NCBI GenBank assembly: GCA_026391555.1
Contig: JAPLEB010000055.1
Coordinates: 6,697 to 70,696 of the forward strand
DNA from: Bacteroidia bacterium
Lineage (GTDB): Bacteria > Bacteroidota > Bacteroidia > Bacteroidales > VadinHA17
Length of the DNA stretch: 64,000 nt
Direction of reading: 5' to 3'
The translations under genes and the position numbers were made by a program. Below are positions 19,226 to 29,541 of this stretch, piece after piece. Under the pieces are notes generated by a model that was given only the letters and a program-made list of their open reading frames with translations, had not been told where the DNA came from and ran no database searches. Positions within the stretch are counted from its first letter, which is position 1. Each line of letters opens with the position of its first letter.

Positions 19226-20320
19226 ATGAAATTAAAAGATCTTTGTTCTTTTCTCGATTCTGTTATACCATTGTCATTTCAGGAAGGCTATGACAATTCA
19301 GGACTTCAGGTTGGTTCTCCGGAGAAGGAGGTCTATTCGGCAATGGTAACTCTGGATGTTACTGAGGGAGTTCTTAATGAAGCCGGTTTTGCCGGATGTG
19401 ATCTTATTATTTCCCATCACCCTTTGATCTTTAACGGGATAAAAAGTCTTACAGGAAAATCAGTAACCGAAAGATTGCTGCTTAAGGCAATTAAACAGGA
19501 GATTGCCATCTATTCCGCCCATACCAATCTTGATGTTATCAGCACGGGAGTAAGCAGAATAATGGCAGAAAAGCTTAAACTTCAGAATATAAAAGTTCTG
19601 TCTCCATTAAAAAACAGGCTATTAAAACTTGTTACATACATTCCTGAATCCTATCTGGAAAAAGTGAGAGAAGAGCTCTTTGAAGCAGGAGCAGGAGTGA
19701 TAGGCAATTATGACAAGTGTGGATTCACCACTCAGGGAACCGGAAGTTTCAGGGGAAACGAAAATGCCAAACCTTATTTTGGTGAAAAAGGGAAGATCCA
19801 TTTTGAAAAAGAGATCAGGTTTGAAACAGTCTTGTTTTCTCATTTGAAAGAGGAAGTAATAAAAGCGCTTCTTGCCGTTCATCCATATGAAGAGGTTGCG
19901 TATGATATTTACACTCTTGAAAATACTAATGTTGAGGTCGGCTTAGGATGTGTTGGCGAATTTAGTGATGCAATGGGTGAAGAAGATTTTTTGCAACTTG
20001 TTTCTTCAGTTTTTGATGCAAAGGGTGTCAGGTACTCGAAACCGACAGGAAAATCGGTGAGAAAGATTGCGCTTTGTGGCGGCTCCGGAGCTTCACTCAT
20101 CAATATTGCTATTGCCTCCGGATCTGATGCTTTTATAACTGCCGATATTAAATATCATAATTATTTTGACGCTGAAAATACTATTCTGCTTGTTGATGCC
20201 GGACATTTTGAAAGCGAAAAATTCTCAACAGAAATTTTATACGACCTAATTATTAAAAAATTCCCTAAATTTGCAGTCCGGTTTTCAGAAACAAATACGA
20301 ATCCGATAAATTATTTGTAA
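19226..20320 (+). CDS. Nif3-like dinuclear metal centre protein (DUF34/YbgI family)
   Basis: 364 aa. QEGYDNSGLQVG, DLIISHHPLIF, YSAHTNLD, and a C-terminal GGSGAS...DAFITADIKYH pattern with an inserted PII-like domain. Confidence 0.9.
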   Translation: MKLKDLCSFLDSVIPLSFQEGYDNSGLQVGSPEKEVYSAMVTLDVTEGVLNEAGFAGCDLIISHHPLIFNGIKSLTGKSVTERLLLKAIKQEIAIYSAHTNLDVISTGVSRIMAEKLKLQNIKVLSPLKNRLLKLVTYIPESYLEKVREELFEAGAGVIGNYDKCGFTTQGTGSFRGNENAKPYFGEKGKIHFEKEIRFETVLFSHLKEEVIKALLAVHPYEEVAYDIYTLENTNVEVGLGCVGEFSDAMGEEDFLQLVSSVFDAKGVRYSKPTGKSVRKIALCGGSGASLINIAIASGSDAFITADIKYHNYFDAENTILLVDAGHFESEKFSTEILYDLIIKKFPKFAVRFSETNTNPINYL

Positions 20321-20322
20321 AA

Positions 20323-21087
20323 ATGGAAAAAACAAAATCACACGAGTCTGAAATTTCTGTAGAAGAGAGACTAAGAGCATTATTTGGTCTACAGTTAGTT
20401 GATTCAGAGATAGATAAGATAAGAACACTCAGAGGCGAGTTACCTCTTGAGGTACAGGATCTGGAAGATGAAATAGCTGGACTTGAGACCAGATTAGGGA
20501 ATCTCAAAGAAGAGGTTGTTAATCTTGAAAAATCGGTTTCAAAGAAGAATTATGAGATAACCGATGCCGAAGCTCTGATAAAAAAATACGAAGAGCAGCA
20601 AAAAAATGTAAGAAATAACAGGGAATTTGATTCTCTTTCAAAAGAGATTGAATATCAGAATCTGGAAATTGAATTATTCAATAAAAAAATTAAAGAGTTC
20701 AATTTTTTAATTGAAGATAAGAAGTTGGTTATTGCTGATTCAGAAGTTACTCTTGCTGACCGTAAAATTGATCTTGAAAATAAAAAATCCGAACTTGATG
20801 AGATTATTTTGGATACCCAGAAAGAGGAAGAGGGGCTTTATAAAAAATCGGAAAAGATTGAGGCAATAATTGAAGAAAGGTTACTTACTGCATATAAGAG
20901 GATACGTTCCAACGCGCGAAACGGATTGGCAGTGGTGCCTGTTCAGAGGGATGCATGTGGCGGTTGTTTTAATCAGATTCCACCACAAAGGCAGCTCGAT
21001 ATCAAATCGAGAAAAAAGATCATTGTCTGTGAATACTGCGGACGTATTCTTGTGGATGATGAAATAATTAAAGAAGGTCATCTGTAG
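20323..21087 (+). CDS. Coiled-coil protein with C-terminal C4 zinc ribbon (COG1579-type), usual Nif3 neighbour
   Basis: 254 aa. Long heptad-rich region, then CGGCFNQIPPQ...VCEYCGRIL. Starts 2 nt after the Nif3 stop. Confidence 0.8.
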   Translation: MEKTKSHESEISVEERLRALFGLQLVDSEIDKIRTLRGELPLEVQDLEDEIAGLETRLGNLKEEVVNLEKSVSKKNYEITDAEALIKKYEEQQKNVRNNREFDSLSKEIEYQNLEIELFNKKIKEFNFLIEDKKLVIADSEVTLADRKIDLENKKSELDEIILDTQKEEEGLYKKSEKIEAIIEERLLTAYKRIRSNARNGLAVVPVQRDACGGCFNQIPPQRQLDIKSRKKIIVCEYCGRILVDDEIIKEGHL

Positions 21088-21106
21088 CAGACTTCTATGA
21101 ATAAAG

Positions 21107-21136
21107 AAAGCTGACTCCATAAGGGTCGGCTTTTTG
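21107..21136 (+). terminator. Rho-independent terminator after the Nif3/zinc-ribbon pair
   Basis: AAAGCTGAC-TCCATAAGG-GTCGGCTTTTTG. 7-bp stem (one G-T pair) followed by a T run, about 20 nt after the stop. Confidence 0.6.
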
Positions 21137-21176
21137 TTTTTAACTAACTTTACCTCATAACTCAGAAATTCCATCC

Positions 21177-23192
21177 ATGACCACTGCTGAATTCAAAAAA
21201 CAGATAACAGAAGGAATTCCTTCAATACTGCCGGGTCCTAAACCTTATGATTTTAACCTGAACCATGCACCAAAGAGGAAGGATATACTGAATAGTTCTG
21301 AAAAAAAACTGGCAATAAAAAATGCCCTCAGATATTTTCCCCGGAAATTTCATTCTGTTCTGGCAAAGGAGTTTGTGCAGGAATTGGCAGCATTCGGAAG
21401 GATATATATGTACAGGTTCAGACCTGATTATGAGATAAAAGCCCGTCATCTTGATGATTTCCCTCACCTGACACGCTCTGCTGCAGCCATCATGCTGATG
21501 ATCTCAAATAATCTGGATAATACTGTTGCCCAGCATCCTCATGAATTAATAACTTATGGGGGTAATGGAGCTGTATTTCAAAACTGGGCCCAGTATCGCC
21601 TTACAATGAAATATCTTTCTGAGATGACTGATGAGCAGACACTTGTGGTCTATTCCGGTCATCCGCTTGGTCTCTTTCCCTCGCGTAAGGATGCCCCAAG
21701 GCTGGTTGTGACAAATGGTATGGTAATCCCTAATTATTCCACCCAGGATCACTGGGAGAGGTTTAATGCACTTGGTGTTTCACAGTATGGTCAGATGACG
21801 GCAGGTTCGTATATGTATATCGGACCGCAGGGCATTGTTCATGGAACTACAATTACTTTACTTAATGCAGGCAGGATGATCAGCAAAACAGGTGAGGGGC
21901 TGTGCGGCAAACTGTTTGTATCCTCCGGACTGGGAGGAATGTCAGGGGCTCAACCCAAAGCAGCGGGGATAGCCGGTATTATTTCAGTAATTGCTGAGGT
22001 GAATCCCAAGGCTATTCAAACCAGACATTCCCGGGGTTGGGTCGATGAGGTATTTTCGGATATGGATATGCTTATCCTGAGAGTCAGGCAGGCAACTGCA
22101 GCTAATGAAGTGACATCAATAGCTTATGAAGGTAATATAGTTGATGTTTGGGAGAAATTTGCAGATGAGAATATAAATGTTGATCTCGGATCTGATCAAA
22201 CCTCACTCCATAATCCATGGTCAGGAGGATATTATCCTGCCGGATTGAGTTTTGAGGAATCGAACCGGATGATGTCGGAAGATCCTGAGAAATTTAAAGA
22301 GGCTGTACGAAAGTCACTAAGACGTCAGGTTGAGGCAATAAACAGGCATACAAAAAGAGGGACCTATTTTTTTGATTATGGTAATGCATTTCTGCTTGAG
22401 GCTTCACGGGCAGGAGCTGATGTGATGAATTCCAATGGGGAGTTCAGATATCCATCTTATATTCAGGATATTATGGGACCAATATGTTTTGATTACGGGT
22501 TTGGTCCATTCAGATGGGTTTGCTGTTCAAATGACCCTGCAGATCTCGTGATAACTGACAGGATAGCAACAGAGACACTCGAGAAATTAATTGAAAAATC
22601 ACCGGATCAGATTAAGCAGCAGATGGCTGATAATATTCACTGGATAAAAGAAGCAGGAAAAAACAGGCTTATAACAGGCTCACAGGCAAGAATTCTATAT
22701 GCCGATGCTGAAGGAAGAATGGCAATTGCCGAAGCATTCAATAAAGCTATTGCAGAAGGGAAAATATCGGCCCCTGTTGTAATAGGGCGAGACCATCATG
22801 ATGTGTCAGGTACCGATTCACCTTTCAGGGAGACTTCAAATATCTATGACGGATCGAAATTCACCGCCGACATGGCCGTTCAGAATGTAATAGGAGATTC
22901 CTTCCGTGGCGCTACCTGGGTATCGTTGCATAACGGAGGCGGAGTAGGGTGGGGTGAGGTTATCAATGGCGGCTTCGGGATGGTACTTGATGGTACAACA
23001 GATACCCAAAACAAATTACGGATGATGCTTCACTGGGATGTCAATAATGGGATTGCACGTCGCAGCTGGGCCCGGAATAAAGAAGCGATGTTTACTTTGA
23101 AAAGAGAGATGGAGAGAACCCCCGGTCTAAAGGTTACTGTACCTTATATTGCTGATGATGAGATAATTGACGAAGCATTAAAAGGGGTGTGA
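21177..23192 (+). CDS. hutU: Urocanate hydratase (long form)
   Basis: 671 aa. ELITYGGNG..FQNW, GQMTAGSYMYIGPQGIVHGT, GLGGMSGAQPKA, and GRDHHDVSGTDSPFRETSN blocks are typical of urocanase. Confidence 0.95.
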   Translation: MTTAEFKKQITEGIPSILPGPKPYDFNLNHAPKRKDILNSSEKKLAIKNALRYFPRKFHSVLAKEFVQELAAFGRIYMYRFRPDYEIKARHLDDFPHLTRSAAAIMLMISNNLDNTVAQHPHELITYGGNGAVFQNWAQYRLTMKYLSEMTDEQTLVVYSGHPLGLFPSRKDAPRLVVTNGMVIPNYSTQDHWERFNALGVSQYGQMTAGSYMYIGPQGIVHGTTITLLNAGRMISKTGEGLCGKLFVSSGLGGMSGAQPKAAGIAGIISVIAEVNPKAIQTRHSRGWVDEVFSDMDMLILRVRQATAANEVTSIAYEGNIVDVWEKFADENINVDLGSDQTSLHNPWSGGYYPAGLSFEESNRMMSEDPEKFKEAVRKSLRRQVEAINRHTKRGTYFFDYGNAFLLEASRAGADVMNSNGEFRYPSYIQDIMGPICFDYGFGPFRWVCCSNDPADLVITDRIATETLEKLIEKSPDQIKQQMADNIHWIKEAGKNRLITGSQARILYADAEGRMAIAEAFNKAIAEGKISAPVVIGRDHHDVSGTDSPFRETSNIYDGSKFTADMAVQNVIGDSFRGATWVSLHNGGGVGWGEVINGGFGMVLDGTTDTQNKLRMMLHWDVNNGIARRSWARNKEAMFTLKREMERTPGLKVTVPYIADDEIIDEALKGV

Positions 23193-23219
23193 GGTATGGG
23201 GTGTGAGGAAATAAGTTAT

Positions 23220-23696
23220 TTATTTTGAAAGAAGAGCAACAGCCATTGCTACAACTCCCTCTCCGCGTCCGGTGAACCCGAGTTTTTCTGTTGTGGTTGC
23301 TTTTATTGTTACGTTTTCAGGTTCGGTTTCAACTGCAGCTGATATTACAGTTCTCATTTCGGGAATAAAAGAAGATATTTTTGGTTTCTCCAGGCATACT
23401 GTACTATCTATATTGATCACACTAAATCCTTTTTCCCTTACCAGAATGAAGGTCTTTTTAAGAAGTATTTTGCTGTCGATGTTTTTATATTCCGGGCTTG
23501 TGTCCGGGAAGTAATAACCGATATCCCTCAGTCCTGCAGCACCAAGAAGGGCATCGCATATTGCATGCAGAAGAACATCTCCATCGGAGTGGGCCACACA
23601 TCCTTTTTCAGAGAGTATCCTTACACCTCCCAGCCAAAAATTCAATCCTTTTTTAAGCCGGTGAAAATCAATACCCTGGCCTATTCTGATATTCAT
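23220..23696 (-). CDS. ispF: 2-C-methyl-D-erythritol 2,4-cyclodiphosphate synthase
   Basis: 158 aa. RIGQGIDFHRL, HSDGDVLLHAICDALLGA and ATTTEKLGFTGRGEG motifs. Its ATG overlaps the porV stop (ATGA at 23696-23693). Confidence 0.95.
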   Translation of the reverse strand: MNIRIGQGIDFHRLKKGLNFWLGGVRILSEKGCVAHSDGDVLLHAICDALLGAAGLRDIGYYFPDTSPEYKNIDSKILLKKTFILVREKGFSVINIDSTVCLEKPKISSFIPEMRTVISAAVETEPENVTIKATTTEKLGFTGRGEGVVAMAVALLSK

Positions 23697-24919
23697 CCCC
23701 TTGATCTGCTGGTATTTCTCATAGCATTAATATCGAAAGCGATGGAAAATCGCAATGTACGTGCCAGAGGATGATTTTGCGCCAGTGGCATCAGGTAGGA
23801 GAAATCAAGTGTAAATATTTTCAATCTGAACCCTGCACCTGCAGTGAAGTATTTACGGTTACCTTTGGTTTCATTCTCATGAAAATATCCCCCTCTTATA
23901 GCAAACTGGTTATTATACCAGTATTCTACTCCGTATGAATAGGTTATTTCATGAAGTTCCTCTTTAAAGCCACCAGGGGCATCAAAGAATGATTGAAATA
24001 TAGCTACGGGAACAGCAACATTTGGATCTTTCCCGGCTTTTATTTCATTTATAGCCGAACGGACTGTATCCCCACTTTCGTTTATGTCTCCAATCTTAAA
24101 ATAAATCGGAGTTGTTGGAACAAGAAGTTTGTTAAGATCGATTGTGAGAGTGATCTTATTATACGTGTCGAGATTAACTGTACATGAAGTTCCCAGGCGC
24201 ATATTCATAGGAATAAAATCAGATGTCTGTGAATCAGAGTAACTCATTTTTGCTCCGATGTTCGAGAAATTGAGTCCGAAACCAAGCTGTGCTTCTTTGC
24301 TGAAAAGATTAATATTCTTCTGATAATACCCTGAAATGTCAGCTGCAAATGAGATCCCGGGTTTTGTAGCAACGCCTCCGGAGAATGATCCGCCTGTAAG
24401 GTTTGAATAGATGAACCTGAATGCGATTCCACCGGAAAGATTATCGGTAAATAACCTTGAATAAGCAGCATCGAGGGCAAATTCATTTGGGTTGAAGGTA
24501 CGTTCCAGAACTCCGAATTCATCGGTGAAGTCAACATATCCAAGAGAAGAATAAAGGAGACTCGCGCTTATAACCTGTTTTCTGTCGAGTCGTTTATACC
24601 CGGTCAGATATGCAATATTAATATCGGGTACAAGATTCCTAAGCCATGGGGAATAAGATATTCCTACTCCACCTTCGCCTTCGATAAAAGCAAATTTAGA
24701 AGGATTCCAATGCATGCTGTAGACATCAGGTGATGTTGCAACACCTGCATCGCCAATCCCCCCGGCTCTCGAATCGGGAGCTATCGTGAGGAATGGAACA
24801 ACGGTTTGTATTGCATTAAGCTCTCCTGTGCTTTGTGAAAAAAGTTCTGTTTTACCCGGCAGGGCTGCTAAAAATAACAATATTGCAACTCTTTTTATCT
24901 TCATGCTGATTTTTTTCAT
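23693..24919 (-). CDS. porV: Type IX secretion system outer-membrane shuttle/channel protein PorV (LptO)
   Basis: Signal peptide, then VVPFLTIAPDSRAGGIGDAGVATSPD and a FadL-like barrel pattern ending LARTLRFSIAF. Sits directly downstream of porU as in other Bacteroidota. Start placed at MKKISMKIKR (24919); the ORF track starts at 24934. Confidence 0.85.
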   Translation of the reverse strand: MKKISMKIKRVAILLFLAALPGKTELFSQSTGELNAIQTVVPFLTIAPDSRAGGIGDAGVATSPDVYSMHWNPSKFAFIEGEGGVGISYSPWLRNLVPDINIAYLTGYKRLDRKQVISASLLYSSLGYVDFTDEFGVLERTFNPNEFALDAAYSRLFTDNLSGGIAFRFIYSNLTGGSFSGGVATKPGISFAADISGYYQKNINLFSKEAQLGFGLNFSNIGAKMSYSDSQTSDFIPMNMRLGTSCTVNLDTYNKITLTIDLNKLLVPTTPIYFKIGDINESGDTVRSAINEIKAGKDPNVAVPVAIFQSFFDAPGGFKEELHEITYSYGVEYWYNNQFAIRGGYFHENETKGNRKYFTAGAGFRLKIFTLDFSYLMPLAQNHPLARTLRFSIAFDINAMRNTSRSRG

Positions 24920-24972
24920 TCTACGATCATGCAAATATAAAACAAATTATTGCCCCTGATATTGTGTAACTG

Positions 24973-27900
24973 TTACAAAATGATCATGCGGCCCGAAGCC
25001 CTTGCTGTTTCTCCACTTCCGGTACTGACAATAACAGTATATGGATACATGCCTCTGCCGACTCTCTTACCTCCGTCGTCATTTCCATCCCACATTACAG
25101 GAGAAAGTGTATAACCTGTTGCCGAAACTTTTGTTTTAATGATTTTTATTATTCTTCCATTAAGGTTAAAAATATTTATTATCACATCAAATTCGGCTTC
25201 AGGCCTGTTGTGTTCCGCAATGATCATAGTCTCGCTGAGGAATGGATTTGGATAATTAATCAGATTTTTAAGTATGAATTTTCCACCTGTTTCAACCAGG
25301 AATAATATTGATTTTTCTGAAGAATTATTATAATTATCCCAAGCTTTGACAGTAAGAGAATGACTGCCTCCGCTTAATCCTGAAAGGTCATAGATAATTC
25401 TTCCCCTCAGATAATTATCGAAATCATTTTCATAATAGTTATTGAGTACAAATGACTTGTTGCGATCATTATCAAGAAATCCTGTTAAGTCATGTCCTAT
25501 ACCTGATCCGGTTGTATTAATACCACCATTATCTTCTATGATTGCCAGTAGCTTTGGATTGTTATCAGTTATGCCCCCATTTCTGAAGAGTGTGTCGTTC
25601 ATATATAATTTAATATCGGGACCGGCAGTGTCAAAAAGAACAGCACTTGAGAAGCCTCCAACAACTAAATTGGTGAAACTCCCGTTCATATCTTCATCAT
25701 ACTCATGGGCATAATAGCTGATCTTGCCTGTTCCGAACGAATAATCAATATCCCTGGGGACAACGAAAGTAAATTTGAACCTGCCGTCTTTTGCCTTTGT
25801 CTTGCCGCTGAAAAGGACGTTGTTCCTGAGATCGAATACCATAGTCTGGCCGCCATCATTAGCTAGAGTTTTTATTTTACTTTCTTTATCATAAACCAAC
25901 GGGGATACCACTCCATTAAAAGTGTTCATGAGTTTTCCGCCCTGATCTTCAATGTGTCCGGCAACAGTTATGAGTGAGAGCGCTTTCAGACTGTCAATAT
26001 TATCTAAAATGGAAACATTATTAATTGAGTCTGTAATAACCTTTCCGTGCCATGGATAGGCAAGTTTTAAGGCCGGATCGCCTAATAAGGTAAAGTTCCT
26101 TTTATTCGGACCAGTTCCGGAATTATTCTTAGCCAACCTGATTATGTCTCCTAAACACATGGTATTACCTGATTCGTCACGATCAAAAGCGGAATTCATT
26201 ATATTTTTGTTAAGGAAATAATTTGGTACAGAATATACAACCCGGGTAGTAGACATTAAGGCAATACCACCCCCATCCCTGTTCAGAAGCACCATCTCTC
26301 CACCAGAGGTCTTCCCGGTCATCTCCCTTGTTATTGTATTTATTTCAATATCATCGAAACGGCTGAATTCACAGGTAGCAGTAATAAAAAGTGGAAGTTT
26401 TCCACCGTTTTTCCAGGAGTTAATGTCTTCTGTTTTAATCACCCTCTCGCTGGCAAGGCCATTCTCGTTGCCATGACCGGTATAGTTGAATATCAGACAT
26501 CCTGAATTGATGCGCTCTTTGATTGCTTTATCAACATCCGGATAGGACTGTCCGTTTACCGTAGTGGTTTGGCTGAAAGCATCAAGATAGATTTTTTCGA
26601 CATTGAAGGAAGGAACACTATCTTTAAGAAGCGTGGCAATTCCTTCAGCATCAGATATATGCGTATTGTTGTCCTCATCATCTGCAGTCAGGCAGATCAC
26701 ATTTTTCCAATCACCCATGTTGGCAGGATCGAGGTATCTGATTATCTTCGAAAGGACAATACCTGCCTGGCTGGTATCGGAAACCGGCAACCGGCCAATG
26801 CCGATATTTAGTGTTTCCTTTAATATTCTTTCACCACCTTCTTCTACTTCTCCTTCACCATCTTCAAGCAGCCCATAGAAATCATCGGATGTAAAAGAAG
26901 AAACAACCACATTTGAGTTTAGTGACTGGTATGTTGGAATGAAATTTGGATTCTTTGGCGGCAGAGTTTTATTTTCATAAGAACCGTCACCGAAAAGCAG
27001 AAGATATTTAAGAGGATGGATAGTACCTTTCTGCTTCTGATATTTCATTCTGACAAAGTTTCTTATTGCACAAATATCAGGGATTCCACCCGAAAATTCA
27101 TTATATACCTGGTCAAGTGTTACAACCTCTGAAAGAAGGCCGTTGTTATTAAAATGAATTTTTGCAAGTTTTTCAGCATACGCTCTGAATAAAGGGTGGG
27201 TTATAATAATCATTTCAACTGGTTCAGAAGAATGTAAATCCTGGTTTGGTATCGCGGCTGGTTTGATTGATGCTATCAACGCGTTACCCGGAGTGAATGC
27301 AATAAATGTTTTAAGGGTATCTGTAGCAGCTTTGAATGTAATATTTTCTCCGCTTCCCGTATACTTAATCTGCTTTGTATTCAGTGGGTCAGAAACATCC
27401 CAGACAATGACATCATTAATAATGCTCCGGATTGCGAACCCGGTTATCCTGCCCGGTGCAACAGATTTTGAATCACTATATTGCATTACAGAGCCGGTAA
27501 ATGAATTTGATCTTCTTCCCTGCAGTTTCAGGTAATCAACCCATCCTTTGGCACCGGGTTCACCGTTATTATTAATTTTGATTTCATAAACAGGCGATGT
27601 TGATCCCGGCATTATTGAACCGGTGTCAGAGGTAATCTGGGCAAAAGTGCCGGTATAATTATAAAGATCAACACGCGGAACCTGAATACTTTTATTCGAT
27701 TCTCCTTCATTTAGCACGAAACTGGTCGGAACAGATGCCCTTGCAGCTACTCTGATACTGTATTTTACTTTTTCGGAAGCTAAAAGGTCTGTAAAACCAG
27801 GATTGATTCGAATGCTTGAAATCTGCTGGAACCATTCTCTTCCGGATTTAATAAGGTTTTCATTCTCCTGTTCATGAATGAATAAAGCATCGGATTCTGA

Positions 27901-28404
27901 TGAGTAGTAACTTGTTTGTTGAGAAGATTCTTCGGCAGTTATTATTTTTTTCCCCGGGGTTGGCCCTGAAGTGATGAAATAAAATGCTGTGTCGGAGTAA
28001 TTATGACGGAGGAAATCATACTCTTTTGTGGTCAAATTATAAATCCACCTGCTGGTACCTTTTCCAAAGAACAAAAGATATTCTCCTTCATTTAAGATGT
28101 TATCGTCTCCTGAAATAAATATTGATAACTCTTTAAGGTCATCAGGACTGGATGCATCATTAGAATATGATAATTGACCAAAATTGTTGCCATATATCTT
28201 TGGATTTGAAGGGTATGTCAGCCCAAGCAGTTTTAGCTTTGCAAAATCAATCCTGTAAATTCCATCTGCTGTGACTGCAATCCTGAACCAATTACCAGAA
28301 GAGAGAACGGATGAAGATGAATAACTATCTTTGGCTTTCTGTGCACAAAGGTTAATTGGTAACAGCAGCAGGCAAAATGGCAATATTTTGAGAAATCTTA
28401 TCAT
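24973..28404 (-). CDS. porU: Type IX secretion system C-terminal signal peptidase/sortase PorU (peptidase C25 family)
   Basis: ~1140 aa. Gingipain-like core (YLLLFGDGSYENK, FNYTGHGNENGL, ITATCEF) and a C-terminal T9SS sorting-domain-like tail (LINYPNPF...GMYPYTV...GRMIIL). Start moved to ATG 28404 (MIRFLKILPF...), which lies just downstream of a TATCTTTG box. Confidence 0.85.
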   Translation of the reverse strand: MIRFLKILPFCLLLLPINLCAQKAKDSYSSSSVLSSGNWFRIAVTADGIYRIDFAKLKLLGLTYPSNPKIYGNNFGQLSYSNDASSPDDLKELSIFISGDDNILNEGEYLLFFGKGTSRWIYNLTTKEYDFLRHNYSDTAFYFITSGPTPGKKIITAEESSQQTSYYSSESDALFIHEQENENLIKSGREWFQQISSIRINPGFTDLLASEKVKYSIRVAARASVPTSFVLNEGESNKSIQVPRVDLYNYTGTFAQITSDTGSIMPGSTSPVYEIKINNNGEPGAKGWVDYLKLQGRRSNSFTGSVMQYSDSKSVAPGRITGFAIRSIINDVIVWDVSDPLNTKQIKYTGSGENITFKAATDTLKTFIAFTPGNALIASIKPAAIPNQDLHSSEPVEMIIITHPLFRAYAEKLAKIHFNNNGLLSEVVTLDQVYNEFSGGIPDICAIRNFVRMKYQKQKGTIHPLKYLLLFGDGSYENKTLPPKNPNFIPTYQSLNSNVVVSSFTSDDFYGLLEDGEGEVEEGGERILKETLNIGIGRLPVSDTSQAGIVLSKIIRYLDPANMGDWKNVICLTADDEDNNTHISDAEGIATLLKDSVPSFNVEKIYLDAFSQTTTVNGQSYPDVDKAIKERINSGCLIFNYTGHGNENGLASERVIKTEDINSWKNGGKLPLFITATCEFSRFDDIEINTITREMTGKTSGGEMVLLNRDGGGIALMSTTRVVYSVPNYFLNKNIMNSAFDRDESGNTMCLGDIIRLAKNNSGTGPNKRNFTLLGDPALKLAYPWHGKVITDSINNVSILDNIDSLKALSLITVAGHIEDQGGKLMNTFNGVVSPLVYDKESKIKTLANDGGQTMVFDLRNNVLFSGKTKAKDGRFKFTFVVPRDIDYSFGTGKISYYAHEYDEDMNGSFTNLVVGGFSSAVLFDTAGPDIKLYMNDTLFRNGGITDNNPKLLAIIEDNGGINTTGSGIGHDLTGFLDNDRNKSFVLNNYYENDFDNYLRGRIIYDLSGLSGGSHSLTVKAWDNYNNSSEKSILFLVETGGKFILKNLINYPNPFLSETMIIAEHNRPEAEFDVIINIFNLNGRIIKIIKTKVSATGYTLSPVMWDGNDDGGKRVGRGMYPYTVIVSTGSGETARASGRMIIL

Positions 28405-28413
28405 TATTACAGA

Positions 28414-28421
28414 CAAAGATA
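28414..28421 (-). promoter_or_regulatory. -7 box candidate for porU
   Basis: Minus-strand TATCTTTG lies 9 nt upstream of ATG 28404. It overlaps the TTG start used by the ORF track. Confidence 0.3.
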
Positions 28422-28522
28422 GAATAGTGCTTTTTGTTTGCTAACTTATTTTGTTTTTTATATGCTATTTCAGGTTATAATATTAACGTCATCATCACGT
28501 TGATATTGCAGTACTTAATAAT

Positions 28523-29491
28523 ATGTTGAAGCGGCTTAGTAAAATACTTATTTTGATTATTGCCATCCATGCTGATTGTTTTGGACAGGAGACTGATCCG
28601 GGGCCGGGTTATCAGATGGTATTGATGAATAATCCGGCTATTTCGGGTAGCGAGGGAGACGGAGTATTAAGGTTGTCATATCTGAACGTTTATCCCGGGA
28701 ACAATTATAACCTTCATTCTGTTTATTTTTCTTATGATTCATATTTTCCGGCATTACATGGTGGAGCAGGGTTCTACCTCTCAGATGATTACCTGGGAGG
28801 TATTGTAAATGATTTCAGGGGAGGACTTTCATATGCATATTTTTTACAGGCAGGAAAAGATTTGTTTATTAATGCAGGGCTTTCAGCTTCAATTTATCAC
28901 CGGGGTTATAGCTTTGACAAGGCAATTCTACCAGACCAGATCGATCCTCTTGGAGGGGTTTATTTCCCTAATGGCGAAATACTGGCAACTTCAGGACGAA
29001 CAGTATTTGATATCGGTGCGGGATTTATTTTTATTTCTGGAAAATTTTTCGGTGGATTTTCCATTAATCACCTGGCTGAACCGAATCTCTCAGTATCCGG
29101 CTTTTCAAATGAGGGACTTAAAAGAAAACTTCTCTTACACCTGTCCGGTGACTTTGATATGAGTAAAAAGCAAAGTTTGAAAGTCCGTCCTCTTGCATTT
29201 CTGGGTCTGCAGGGAGAATTTTTATCTACAGGTACAGGTGTTGTTGTTGAAAGTAAATATCTGTCAGTCAATGCGATATTGCTTGGGGATACCGGAAGAA
29301 ATATGAATATTCAGACAGGGTTTTCATTTAAAAGCGGGAAAGTGAGTGTTTATTACAATTATCGGTTTAATATTGTATCAGAAAATATATTAATGCCATT
29401 ATCGCTTCTTCATCAAACTGGACTTGCAATCAGTTTAAATAATGTTGATAAAAGAAATATTATCAAAACAATAAATTTTCCTAAATTGTAG
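28523..29491 (+). CDS. PorP/SprF family type IX secretion system membrane protein
   Basis: 322 aa. Signal peptide, NNPAISGSEG...LRLSY, GGAGFYLSDDYLGG, FDIGAGFIF..GKFFGGFSINHL, and a terminal YNYRF...LHQTGLAISL. Block order is like the SprF/PorP family. Assigned from memory of the family pattern only. Confidence 0.65.
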   Translation: MLKRLSKILILIIAIHADCFGQETDPGPGYQMVLMNNPAISGSEGDGVLRLSYLNVYPGNNYNLHSVYFSYDSYFPALHGGAGFYLSDDYLGGIVNDFRGGLSYAYFLQAGKDLFINAGLSASIYHRGYSFDKAILPDQIDPLGGVYFPNGEILATSGRTVFDIGAGFIFISGKFFGGFSINHLAEPNLSVSGFSNEGLKRKLLLHLSGDFDMSKKQSLKVRPLAFLGLQGEFLSTGTGVVVESKYLSVNAILLGDTGRNMNIQTGFSFKSGKVSVYYNYRFNIVSENILMPLSLLHQTGLAISLNNVDKRNIIKTINFPKL

Positions 29492-29533
29492 TTATATTTG
29501 GTGATTAATAAATATTGTTTTATAAAAATTTGT

Positions 29534-29541
29534 TATATTTG
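29534..29541 (+). promoter_or_regulatory. -7 box candidate for gldJ
   Basis: TATATTTG lies 33 nt upstream of ATG 29575. An identical GTTATATTTGG copy sits at 29491-29501, just after the PorP-like stop. Confidence 0.35.
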
